Below are positions 11,601 through 18,590 of a stretch of 64,000 bases of DNA, in pieces. Source of the DNA: Patescibacteria group bacterium (lineage in GTDB: Bacteria > Patescibacteriota > Patescibacteriia > UBA9934); assembly GCA_041661425.1 (NCBI GenBank), contig JBAZUI010000003.1, positions 10,446 through 74,445 of the forward strand, given 5' to 3'. Below the pieces are notes generated by a model that searched no databases, had not been told where the DNA came from, and worked only from the letters and a program-made list of their open reading frames with translations. Positions within the stretch are counted from its first letter, which is position 1. Every line of letters starts with the position of its first letter. The position numbers and the translations under genes are program-made.

Positions 11601-12069
11601 TGAGGATTATCTCAGCATTGCGGATACGCGTGTATCGATGTTTGCAACACTCAGCCTTCGCATTCATCATTTTTTCCATAGTTTTATCTCAACAGTTTTG
11701 GCACGAGGTATGGGAACGCTCGGCTGTGATTCATCGGTTATCCCGTTTGTTATCAATAAAATGGCTTGTTATTCGAGCGGAAATCCAAATCCAGATACGG
11801 GAATCGATTATGCCTATAACGGATCCACAAAAGAAGAATTACAGACGATGTATGAAGAGATTCTCCAATCAATTCTCGGAGTTTCTCTCGGGTTTGTGGT
11901 AAACGGATCAATGGTCACCGGAGCCATACAAGAAGGTACGAGCGTTGAGCTTCCGTGGCCAACGGGCTTTGCCTGTACTGGCGAGGAACAAGAACTCCCA
12001 ATTCGTCTCTTTTTTGAAGGGGAAGGCACGGTGGATATTAGTGATGTCTCACTCAATTATTGTGATTGA
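2632..12069 (+). CDS. Giant (~3145 aa) cell-surface protein: VirB2-like pilin module, poly-Gly linker, Ig-like and IPT/TIG repeats, Cys-rich CxxCDDGN repeats, C-terminal vWA domain
   Basis: In-frame ATG at 2632 lies right after the stop of the upstream paralog, giving MQRFF...signal. N-terminal module is ~50% identical to the 906 gene. ITGTGFG/ITGQNFG/ISGSNFG/IYGDGFG are IPT/TIG motifs. More than 15 CGDG..GE.CDDGN..GDGCS..C repeats (Myxococcus-type cysteine-rich repeat). vWA MIDAS DLSASM...TDGDY near the C-terminus. Confidence 0.7.
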   Translation: MQRFFLSLFMAFTLLTGAGVFQVSHVYAQTESLETVGETAGLSAEDPKVIIGRIIRTGLGVLGIIATLIVLYGGWRYMTAGGDADKVDKAKKILINGGIGLVIILASYAITSFVISSLLNASDGGGGGGGGGGDGGGGLGGGNVATFTVTSIRPSGEVSIRNIKVTATLSRTLSATLPADAILIANESGDLVEGTIVAEGNSLTFTPIEFCPTPNDDLFCFEENTTYTVTISSDLESSTGTSITCGTNCSGTFTSGSLVDTEDPFVSITYPDDGARIPYSLGASMIQAEATDDSEISTISFYENDSLYDVVPASGLDLSDVLLSMNWEWSSSLAENATVALKAIATDLAGNTDSDRISVRLNPAHCYNDVLDADSGETSVDCGGDCGTCDGDACTANLDCASGVCIEGFCVVPPVITSFTPTDAGFGSFVTITGTGFGRSGTVSFTGADGSLLTAQIASCSDGWSSEELVVVVPEGVSDGPLTLVVGGLTEKTDDENGPLLADFTIDSEPTVSLCRLSPSSGYAGSTLTITGQNFGTQIDTSSVLFDGVTPATIKSWKADSIQVTVPSLAGKSYAVTVVNANLSNALSFDLKAASSWESTEAMPVMSAITPTSGGKNQYLTISGSNFGSSIGVVWFENPTSGYTAMGSADFPEACSTTFWSDDEITIMVPESYINDESIAISEHTVFVARQDGKESNSIDFTITTANPTPGICGIVPEEGAPGTSVVIYGDGFGAGEGDIRFYNEARANFSSWNDSEIVTATPAAAKSGPVTVIDENSVKSNGANFLITGSSDLDPVIPFIPKYSWIFSTGNIPLAPEPIFACSETQISGVPNKDFSSNICLNASLYVEFTMPMSTITTDGFVVEACETSTCKNTTVVEGMINQVSSTSVYFYPDELLPSTTYRVTLTTDSQSTDGVPLGNDVSWTFTTGTSGTQCLVEKMYVSPETITVNAIGSTGQFNGVPATADCVPLDSPSYLYTWTINESYASKGSCSPSASSCMKATALAEGTAAVTVKESASGVSGAGSFVIDFTDPEVTAYWPNCTEACVNSAIGARFNTSMDNSLEDAGMVTLSKCENELCANLDAGDLVSAGVVCVAGADGTPCVEMALSPLTTLAANTYYKVMISGEIASLSGVTLTKTNDGEDFSWIFATKNDGTLCSIDRASVEPAEALLNAVGERQSFSVSAYGEPDECSVAGQELVASDYAWVWENPIINDLDVAAWKTVGGALFDADASSVSGCTSSCMASGSDSYDAVCANGALEVGEECEDGNLTEGDGCSAHCLREGKGGGGSCGDGTLNRSASGAGEDCDDGNTKSGDGCSSTCLNEGANAVAGTCGNTSIAYAENQGGEDCDDGNKKSGDGCSSNCVNEGSRSYAELFAVCGDGAVTVPYESCDDGNGLNEDGCSSSCVREGTIVGMTCGNGAVERLSSNAGEDCDDGNTVDGDGCSSQCTFEGSSSSYVTPSVCGDGHAGIGEDFNCELLASGDGNIDPIQDAEIMNTAVDLVDTETQRATATIRVKELTSSVGSASTLSLSCVAETAEDCPSASLYGVSENGCCLPRPTATLMPNSNDVCLNASVYAIFSQEMDLASFTDRVYLQLDTTVIGTCPTSSGYEVYTPSTTTASSFIQKVFSFVVSSMFAQSTGPCILPIVSSSQEALTDGSYKVTFRVEHPLYPETQHMLVIFGDQTSRDLSLLVGGLSLSGSTDSTSEWLGVVDSHGIGLYLTTVQTFTTTDSMCRLDEVIITDSADAPGMFTSANESHDFSADAYSYQTGSRQEIASLPGVYAWKWDPWQSSDSTIAVIDSSSEDTAVISSLETSGSSTIIASAAVTEDAVGTDETDALTRSDDYQVEVSICNMPWPDYANYPFIDDATGTVDGTKKGIAWMNFSTHYCRDAGLPSVSVIAPPETKSENVIKEYLLKVDDGSGDAIGLRIASNEDYLPPELWYRAQGFAGSPSNENVDGFEAVRDGRTVYISAPNYVAALSADKRKSTVSALYPNIYILSYNEGASDDTIEIFNQIVANLSLMTNVSSAGFCTIVNNKWTIGGAYTTTTCSSDFDCGVGETCGDVRSKIQRDAARLTDLRTIENALAVYGASNGTCSATTSQRCTKSSDCPTDESCTPSYPQLESGTYVRSLVVSSWSSWNEAFGKTLGTTLPLDPINEAPACGVADSSFESYEADTCVNTTTGAYLCPLNSYAYHYRSLGPNDFDLTAELEYRLADWVYDIDTSTTYDLIVGGNTSTKVEGFTGGTAYCDSSTVYGSSSSCGDGIVGSGETCELGEVGPLVSCTDSAGFSGTSTQVCNATCKGWTLPTGATCTAYSCGNGLVESGEICDDGSLNGTYGFCGYDCTYGSGFSCGDGSLASGEFCDCGSATSSGRTYGGGLCTTYGVLNGSYQTNPANSCSWDCTGPASYCGDGAVDSGEECDGNVETYSGLLCRQGITNIGRTQSSNVGKTCLQDSDCGTLGRCGGVGSEPVYDACPNTTVCLLGDVNLLGSACTVDSDCDSVEGDDGVCSDDAFQTTRTRTCADDGASGDACTWESQWMDLGCKAEVLCGNGVVDSGEACDDGNDSNTDDCTVQCTNNYCGDGYLYESVEECDEGSLNGVSCSSAYEAGCSYCSESCLSVAESGTFCGDGVRNGGEYCDAGDMPYLYVNNDGSFNGTCESSEKGESTSDGTSTYYCANVGVCDGGSEQGDVCIAFSTVAIDSLSVVLSDLSSCPGGTCVYPSCSPTCESSCPFTNESTSILMTTNTDRTNPVEEISLETYGMLSVDRDAGTIIPTAGTLMMPACSSANSLRAKVSFEDFTRPQNYLVFVTDLSASMATTFESGETRLEVTEESILTAGKSLFNALGEMIRVSTVGYQGGNVYLPGDVISGYSAGDGFISSEAYDDLATVIASYSPGGGTNTFGGLEAAKNLLDGISDENTRKMVVLMTDGDYTEIYGDPMYMACVLKDDGIELFTATLASGTQSTLSSDGNECEKYKNSDGTYMSYEDYLSIADTRVSMFATLSLRIHHFFHSFISTVLARGMGTLGCDSSVIPFVINKMACYSSGNPNPDTGIDYAYNGSTKEELQTMYEEILQSILGVSLGFVVNGSMVTGAIQEGTSVELPWPTGFACTGEEQELPIRLFFEGEGTVDISDVSLNYCD

Positions 12070-12070
12070 T

Positions 12071-12799
12071 ATGGATTGGCAAGCGCAACAATTTTATTCG
12101 CTCACTCCAGAGGGGACCCCGGTTCTCCCCGAGCAAGAATCTCCAAAAAAATCAGGAAAGAAAATTTTGATTTTGACTGGAGTTTTTTTGGGGGTTGTTG
12201 TTCTTGGGCTTGGCATTTGGGGAGTCATTGGTCTTTTTTCCGGTGAAGAAGTTGCCACGGAAGAAGCGGAGGTCTGTACGTTGGGTGAAGCAGGATGTTC
12301 AACGATCGCGGCTTTAGAAACAAGTGACATTGATTCTTGTGCCTCGCTTTCCGGAGATGAAAAAATTAATTGTGAAGACTTGGCGTATCTCTCGAAATCA
12401 CAGGATGAGGATGATGAATCGTGGTGCAAAAAAATCAAAAGCGAAATTCTAGCGACTTCTTGCGAGGATAATTTTGCCGCACAGGAGTCACTTCTCCGCA
12501 TTGAAGATGCGTCGCTCACGGGCAACCCGCTTGATTGTGAGGCGCTTGAGAATACGGACGATCAAGTGAATTGCCTTGACGTGATCGCTTCCATTGACGA
12601 AGATGAAGATGGCCTCACACGACAGGATGAATATGCGGCAGGAACGCTCGATACGGATTGGGATGCGGATAACGATGGATTGAACGATGGGGAAGAAGTG
12701 AGTATCCATGGGACTGATCCCCGGGAGATCGATACCGACGGTGATGGGTTCTCGGATTTTGTGGAGGTCCAGTCTGGTTATGACCCACTTGTCCCTTAA
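12071..12799 (+). CDS. Single-pass membrane protein with acidic ectodomain and thrombospondin-type-3-like Ca-binding repeats
   Basis: ATG at 12071 two nt after the giant gene stop. TM helix ILILTGVFLGVVVLGLGIWGVIGLF. DTDWDADNDGLNDGEE and DTDGDGFSDFVE are DxDxDG motifs. Confidence 0.55.
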   Translation: MDWQAQQFYSLTPEGTPVLPEQESPKKSGKKILILTGVFLGVVVLGLGIWGVIGLFSGEEVATEEAEVCTLGEAGCSTIAALETSDIDSCASLSGDEKINCEDLAYLSKSQDEDDESWCKKIKSEILATSCEDNFAAQESLLRIEDASLTGNPLDCEALENTDDQVNCLDVIASIDEDEDGLTRQDEYAAGTLDTDWDADNDGLNDGEEVSIHGTDPREIDTDGDGFSDFVEVQSGYDPLVP

Positions 12800-13482
12800 T
12801 GAGCTATAATAGAATTACTATGTTTGACAATCAACCAACCCCAAGCCCTGTTTCAGCCCCTCCGATTCCACAAAAACCCGTGGAAGATATTTTTAGCGCT
12901 TCCGAACCCATGCAGGCCACTGTGCCCGCACCTCAACCAGTTGTTAATCCTCTGGCGCAAAAAACAGCAATGCCGAATCCTCAAATTCCTTCCTCGGCGC
13001 CTCGAGTATCGCTCCCTCCGGTCCCAAAAAAAGGAGGAACAGGAAAAATTATTTTAGTTATTATTGGCATGATTCTCATTCTTGCCATTGCCGGTGGACT
13101 CGCCGTCTTTTTGATGTCAGGCTCATCTCTCGGCCTCTCTGATATTTTGTCAGGGACAGATGAATCGACCGATGAAACTACCCAGGATGGAAAGGGTGAT
13201 CTTATCCTCGATGAGGACGAGCCTGTGGTCGAAGAGGTGGCAGAAGAGCCGGTTGATAGCGATGGTGATGGATTGATGGACAGCGAAGAAATCAATGCCG
13301 GCACCGATCCATATAGCACAGATTCTGATCGTGATGGCTTGGGTGATCGTGAAGAGGTAAAAGTTTATGGAACCGATCCGCTTGATCCTGATAGTGATGG
13401 CGATACGTATCTTGATGGGAAAGAAGTTGAATCAGGATACAACCCCAATGGTGCGGGAAAGCTTTATGAAATCCCTGAGTAA
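12799..13482 (+). CDS. Paralogous single-pass membrane protein with TSP3-like DxDxDG repeats
   Basis: Pro-rich cytoplasmic N-terminus, TM IILVIIGMILILAIAGGLAVFLM, DSDGDGLMDSEE / DSDRDGLGDREE / DSDGDTYLDGKE. Confidence 0.55.
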   Translation: MSYNRITMFDNQPTPSPVSAPPIPQKPVEDIFSASEPMQATVPAPQPVVNPLAQKTAMPNPQIPSSAPRVSLPPVPKKGGTGKIILVIIGMILILAIAGGLAVFLMSGSSLGLSDILSGTDESTDETTQDGKGDLILDEDEPVVEEVAEEPVDSDGDGLMDSEEINAGTDPYSTDSDRDGLGDREEVKVYGTDPLDPDSDGDTYLDGKEVESGYNPNGAGKLYEIPE

Positions 13483-13484
13483 TT

Positions 13485-14435
13485 ATGGGGGATGATCGTC
13501 AAACGATTGAGGCTCCAACGCAGACGTCTCCCAAGGACGATGAGTTTGTGATTCACGTCATGCCAAAGGAATTCTTGGGAAAACCTGCGGCCGTTGTGCA
13601 ACCCATTGTTGCGCAAGCTCCTGTCAAAAAAGCGCTTCCTCCTTCGCCGGTCGTTGCTCCGTCAACCGCTCCGATGGCTCTACTTCCAAAGGGGACAGTG
13701 CCCATGCCGGCAAAAAAGCGTCACCTTCCTTGGGCGCTCATTGTTCTTCTTTTTGGGCTTCTTGTCGTTGTTGGAGGAGGAATTGTTTATTATTATTTTT
13801 TCCTTGTGACACCGGAGCCGGAGGTCGTCCCCGAGGAGGAAACACCGATTGTTGAAGAACCGGTCGCGATTCAGCCGGGGCACGATACGGATTCCGATGG
13901 GCTTACCGATACGGAGGAACTTCTTTATGGCACGGATTATCGTAATCCCGATACGGATGGCGATACATTCTTGGATGGGAATGAAGTTTTCCACCGGTAT
14001 GATCCGTTGGGATTCGCTCCATCAACCTTGCTCGACACGGGCTCGGTTCTCGAATTCACAACGTATGAATTGCCGCTTGGGGGTTTTCGAATTTATTATC
14101 CGGCTTCTTGGTCCATCGTAAACTCAAGCCAGACCACAATCACCTTTCACACGGAAAAAACAGAAGTGGTGACTTTGGAGCGGTTTCCAAAAACTGAGGA
14201 TTCATTCGGCTCCTGGTACGCGAATCGACCTGTTGAAGCGGCGCCCTTCTCGAGTCTTATGGCTTTTACCACAAAAGAAGGATTGGACGGGTATATGCAA
14301 GGCGATGAACGCTTGGCCTATATCGATCTTTCCGACGCGGTGTGGAAATTCTCTTATGATCTTGGCGATGAGGTGACCATTGATTATCTCCAGACGTTTC
14401 AGATGATGATTAATAGTTTTATTCTCGTCAAATGA
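13485..14435 (+). CDS. Paralogous single-pass membrane protein with TSP3-like repeats and C-terminal globular domain
   Basis: TM LIVLLFGLLVVVGGGIVYYYFFL, DTDSDGLTDTEE, DTDGDTFLDGNE. Confidence 0.55.
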   Translation: MGDDRQTIEAPTQTSPKDDEFVIHVMPKEFLGKPAAVVQPIVAQAPVKKALPPSPVVAPSTAPMALLPKGTVPMPAKKRHLPWALIVLLFGLLVVVGGGIVYYYFFLVTPEPEVVPEEETPIVEEPVAIQPGHDTDSDGLTDTEELLYGTDYRNPDTDGDTFLDGNEVFHRYDPLGFAPSTLLDTGSVLEFTTYELPLGGFRIYYPASWSIVNSSQTTITFHTEKTEVVTLERFPKTEDSFGSWYANRPVEAAPFSSLMAFTTKEGLDGYMQGDERLAYIDLSDAVWKFSYDLGDEVTIDYLQTFQMMINSFILVK

Positions 14436-14866
14436 TAAAACTTATTCTTCAGCAGACCCTTCTTCCGGTTGGTGAACAGTTTTCAAAAGATGATCTTTTA
14501 TTTATCGCAAAAACCATTGGGAGTCTTGTTGCTCAAAAAAAAGAGGGGGAAATTGCGATCGCCATGATCGATGATCAAGAAATTCAGCGATTGAATCGGA
14601 TGTATCGTGGAATCGATAAGGAAACCGATGTGCTTTCCTTCGGGTATGCGGACGCTTCTCATGCGAAGAATTCGCTTGGTGACGTTGTGATTTCTTATCC
14701 CCAGGCCGTGCGACAAGCGATCGGAAATACGCGCGGCGAGCTCCTCCGTTTGATGATTCACGGGATTCTTCATGTGCTTGGCTTTGATCACGAACGTCCG
14801 GAAGACGCTCGTCAAATGTTTCCTCTTGAAGATCAATTATTTTCTCAATTATCCTCTCTTGTATGA
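14432..14866 (+). CDS. ybeY: rRNA maturation endoribonuclease YbeY
   Basis: HGILHVLGFDHE H-x3-H-x5-H metal site, ~144 aa. Confidence 0.85.
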   Translation: MIKLILQQTLLPVGEQFSKDDLLFIAKTIGSLVAQKKEGEIAIAMIDDQEIQRLNRMYRGIDKETDVLSFGYADASHAKNSLGDVVISYPQAVRQAIGNTRGELLRLMIHGILHVLGFDHERPEDARQMFPLEDQLFSQLSSLV

Positions 14867-15243
14867 GTCAAATTTTCCAACGATTTTCTCGAAGTTTTCG
14901 TCACGCCTTTCATGGGATTGGCCTGATTTTGCGTCGAGAGCGAAGTTTTCAGGTACAGGTTTTCGCCGCGATCGTTGTTCTTACACTCGTTATTGCGCTC
15001 CCGCTCGATACATGGGAACGCGTTTTGCTCATTCTTTTGACCGCAGCCGTTCTGGTGCTCGAAATCCTCAATAGTATCTTCGAGCGAATTTCCGATGCGC
15101 TTCGCCCCCGTCTTGACCCGGTTGTGAAGGATGTGAAAGATATGATGGCTGGTGCTGTTCTTCTCACCTCTATGACGGCGGCCGTGATTGCGGTTCTTAT
15201 TCTTTGGGATTATTTCGTCAATTTTGTCGCCTCACGCTTTTAG
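14863..15243 (+). CDS. dgkA: Diacylglycerol/undecaprenol kinase family
   Basis: 126 aa, three TM, EILNSIFE motif (DgkA E-x-NSAIE). Confidence 0.75.
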   Translation: MSQIFQRFSRSFRHAFHGIGLILRRERSFQVQVFAAIVVLTLVIALPLDTWERVLLILLTAAVLVLEILNSIFERISDALRPRLDPVVKDVKDMMAGAVLLTSMTAAVIAVLILWDYFVNFVASRF

Positions 15244-15249
15244 GGTATA

Positions 15250-16509
15250 ATGGATGCTATCGTTATGGCGGAACGTACGATTACAGGGTTAGATATCGGC
15301 TCTTCGCGTATTCGCGTTGTGGTTTCGCAAGCATTACCCGGAGAAGATTCAAAACCTTGCCTTCATGTCCTTGGCGCTGTGGAAGTTCCATCTATTGGAA
15401 TTCATCGTGGAAGCATCTCGAGTATCGAGGATGCTGTTTCTTCTATTTCAAAGGCTCTTGAAAAATCAGAACGCATGACCGGGAAGCCGGTGAATCACGC
15501 CTGGGTTTCGATTGCCGGTCAACAAATGCTTGTGCAGGAGAGTCGGGGAGTGATTGGCGTTTCCCGTCCATCCGGGGAGATCCAGGAGGAAGATGTTGAA
15601 CGCGTTATCGAGGCGGCTCGTACCGTGGCAACCCCATCGAATTACGAGATTTTGCACGTCATTCCCAAGAGTTTTACCGTGGATGGCCAGCGGGGTATTA
15701 AAGATCCGGTTGGCATGCATGGCATTCGGTTGGAAGTGGACGCGGTCATTATCCAGACGATTTCATCTCACATAAAAAATGTTACCAAGAGTGTTTATCG
15801 TACCGGGCTTGATATTGATGATTTGGTTTTTTCGCCTCTAGCCACGGCCGAAGCAGTGCTCACCCCGCGACAGAAGGAATTGGGTGTTTGCGTTGCCGAT
15901 ATTGGGGCGACGAGTACCACATTAGTGGTCTACGAGGAAGGAGATATGCTCCATACCGCGGTTTTACCAATCGGGGGTGATCACATTACCCATGATTTGG
16001 CGATTGTTCTTCGAACATCTATTGAGATTGCGGAGCAAGTGAAGAGAGGAATTGGATGTGCGGTTCCTGATCAGGCATTGAAGGAACCATGCAATCTTCG
16101 GGATTTCGGTTCTGGCGAGGATGAAGTTCTGAAACCTCGACTTGTTTCCGAGATCATTGAAGCACGAGCAGAAGAAATTTTTGAGGCAATTGATGATGAA
16201 CTTCGAAAAATCGATCGTTCCGGCATGCTTCCGGTTGGGGTAGTTTTGACGGGTGGGGCCGTGAAACTTCCAGGGATGGCCGATGTGGCAAAACGCGTTT
16301 TGCGTCTCCCGGTTTCCATCGGTTTTCCCTCGGGTGTCAGCAGTGCGATCGACGAAGTGCGCGATCCGGCTTATGCGACGGCCGTCGGATTGGCAATGTG
16401 GGGTTTTGCCATTGAATCAACCTCACATGGAAAGTTTAAATTCGCCATAAAAGGCATCCAGGATATTTCTGATACGGTTCGGAAATGGCTAAAAACATTG
16501 ATCCCATAA
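15250..16509 (+). CDS. ftsA: Cell division protein FtsA
   Basis: GLDIGSSRIRVVV actin-like phosphate-1 motif, ~419 aa, directly upstream of ftsZ. Confidence 0.85.
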   Translation: MDAIVMAERTITGLDIGSSRIRVVVSQALPGEDSKPCLHVLGAVEVPSIGIHRGSISSIEDAVSSISKALEKSERMTGKPVNHAWVSIAGQQMLVQESRGVIGVSRPSGEIQEEDVERVIEAARTVATPSNYEILHVIPKSFTVDGQRGIKDPVGMHGIRLEVDAVIIQTISSHIKNVTKSVYRTGLDIDDLVFSPLATAEAVLTPRQKELGVCVADIGATSTTLVVYEEGDMLHTAVLPIGGDHITHDLAIVLRTSIEIAEQVKRGIGCAVPDQALKEPCNLRDFGSGEDEVLKPRLVSEIIEARAEEIFEAIDDELRKIDRSGMLPVGVVLTGGAVKLPGMADVAKRVLRLPVSIGFPSGVSSAIDEVRDPAYATAVGLAMWGFAIESTSHGKFKFAIKGIQDISDTVRKWLKTLIP

Positions 16510-16554
16510 TTTGACGAATAAAGTGAGTCAAAGTGTGGCTCATTTTTTTGTTGT

Positions 16555-16620
16555 CTGGGGGTCAGGTCGTTACTTGTAGCGTTATTTTTAAGAAGTGCGA
16601 CAAGTAACGACCTGACCCTC
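16555..16620. terminator. Perfect ~20-bp stem hairpin between ftsA and ftsZ
   Basis: GGGGTCAGGTCGTTACTTGT ... ACAAGTAACGACCTGACCC. Could be a terminator/attenuator or processing site. Confidence 0.5.
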
Positions 16621-16806
16621 CAGCGCTCGGGTGAAGGTTGCGATGATAATTGTCCGAAAAGTTATACCGAGGTTATGCACAAGACCGTATATCGATTCAG
16701 AACCAAGTATGATAACTTTATGAGTACAAATTTTATCGAAGCTTAGCCAAGTTGGATAAATTTAGTGTTCAACTGAATAAGCATCTGAATCAATCATGTC
16801 GTCAAT

Positions 16807-18066
16807 ATGGCAGAAGTGAAACCAGAAATCGAGGCCTTTGCGAAAATTAAGGTTTTCGGCGTTGGCGGAGGCGGGGGATCTGCCATTAATCGAATGATTA
16901 AGGAAAAAATGAAGGGCGTTGATTTTGTTGCCGTGAACACAGATGTTCAGGCGTTACAGGCAAATTTAGCTCAGCATAAAATTCCAATTGGAAAGACCGT
17001 GACGCGTGGGTTGGGGGCTGGTATGAATCCGGATATGGGACGTCGCGCGGCCGAGGAAGGAGCGAATGATATCCGAAGTGCGATCAGTGGATCGGATATG
17101 GTCTTTTTGACCGGTGGACTCGGCGGTGGCACGGGGTCTGGTGCTCTTCCGGAGATTGCAAAAATCGCTCGGGAATCTGGTGCGCTCACCGTGGCGGTTG
17201 TCACAAAGCCATTCTCATTTGAAGGGGCGCAACGCAAGCGTATCGGTGATGATGCTTATGCAGAACTTTCTCAACAGGTCGATACGATCATCACGATTCC
17301 AAACGATCGTGTGCTTCAGATCATCGATAAAAAAACAACCTTGCTTGAAGCCTTCCAAATCGTCGACGACGTCTTGCGCCAGGGCGTTCAAGGAATTTCG
17401 GAAATCATTACGCTCCCGGCTCTCATTAACGTCGACTTCGCCGATGTAAAAACCATCATGCAAAATGCCGGGTCGGCGCTTATGGGCATCGGAACAGCGT
17501 CCGGAGAAAATCGTGCGGTCGAGGCGGCAAAAATGGCAATCGCGAGTCCGCTTCTTGAGGTCTCCATCGATGGAGCAAAAGGGATCCTTTTTACGATTAC
17601 TGGAAGTCCGGATCTTGCCATGTACGAGGTGGCGGAAGCGGCAAAAGTGATTACCGGTTCAGCGGACGACGACGCAAAGGTCATCTTTGGCGCAAACATC
17701 GATGAGTCGCTAAAAGATGAGGTGCGTATCACCGTGGTTGCAACCGGTTTTGATGCGCGTGATCGTCGCATGGCTCCTGGTCTTGGTGGGGATGTTGAAA
17801 TCGCTCCGCGTGGTACCTGGACGCCAAGCGCTCGGCCAGATAATTATCGGAATCAGCCAATGGCGTCTCAACCACGAGAATCAATCGTACGTGAATCACC
17901 GTTTAAGGAACATCGCGTTCCATCGTTCGATGAAGAGCCAGTGCGTCAGGAACGTGAGCCGATCCTTCGCGATGAGCCATTCGCGCCTCCAGCCCCTCAA
18001 CAAAAGCAAGAGACGCCGGATGCGGACTTTGATATCCCTCCATTCATCCGCCGGAAGAGAATGTAG
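16807..18066 (+). CDS. ftsZ: Cell division GTPase FtsZ
   Basis: GVGGGGGSAINRM and GGLGGGTGSG tubulin signature. C-terminal DIPPFIRRKR peptide. Confidence 0.95.
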   Translation: MAEVKPEIEAFAKIKVFGVGGGGGSAINRMIKEKMKGVDFVAVNTDVQALQANLAQHKIPIGKTVTRGLGAGMNPDMGRRAAEEGANDIRSAISGSDMVFLTGGLGGGTGSGALPEIAKIARESGALTVAVVTKPFSFEGAQRKRIGDDAYAELSQQVDTIITIPNDRVLQIIDKKTTLLEAFQIVDDVLRQGVQGISEIITLPALINVDFADVKTIMQNAGSALMGIGTASGENRAVEAAKMAIASPLLEVSIDGAKGILFTITGSPDLAMYEVAEAAKVITGSADDDAKVIFGANIDESLKDEVRITVVATGFDARDRRMAPGLGGDVEIAPRGTWTPSARPDNYRNQPMASQPRESIVRESPFKEHRVPSFDEEPVRQEREPILRDEPFAPPAPQQKQETPDADFDIPPFIRRKRM

Positions 18067-18075
18067 AAAATTCAT

Positions 18076-18564
18076 GTGCGTTGCCCGGTTTGTAATTTTC
18101 GTTCTACGCGCGTCGTGGACTCCCGTCTTTCCAAAGACGGAATGAGTGTTCGCCGTCGTCGTGAATGTGAGCGTCCACGATGTGGCTTTCGGTTTACGAC
18201 CATGGAAGAAGGTCAGCTTCTGGATGTCTCGGTTGTGAAACGCCATGGCGGGCATGAACCTTATCTTCGCGATAAACTCCTTTCCGGATTGAAAAAAGCG
18301 CTTGAAAAACGTTCGTATACGGATGATGATTTCCGCGGACTCATTCTCAGAATTGAGCGTGATATCCAAAAACGCCGCAGCGCGGAAATCACGAGTCTCC
18401 AGCTTGGCGAGATTGTCATGCGTCACCTTCGGCGCTTCGATAAAGTCGCCTATATTCGCTTTGCCTCGGTCTATTATTCATTTGAAGATTTGAAGACCTT
18501 TGAAGAGGAACTACGAAAGCTTGGGAAGAAGCGCGGCAAATCGTCCACAAATTTCGGAAAATAA
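18076..18564 (+). CDS. nrdR: Transcriptional repressor NrdR
   Basis: MRCPVCNF...C..C zinc ribbon followed by an ATP-cone. Confidence 0.9.
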   Translation: MRCPVCNFRSTRVVDSRLSKDGMSVRRRRECERPRCGFRFTTMEEGQLLDVSVVKRHGGHEPYLRDKLLSGLKKALEKRSYTDDDFRGLILRIERDIQKRRSAEITSLQLGEIVMRHLRRFDKVAYIRFASVYYSFEDLKTFEEELRKLGKKRGKSSTNFGK

Positions 18565-18590
18565 TCGGGCGTTCATGCTATACTAATGGC

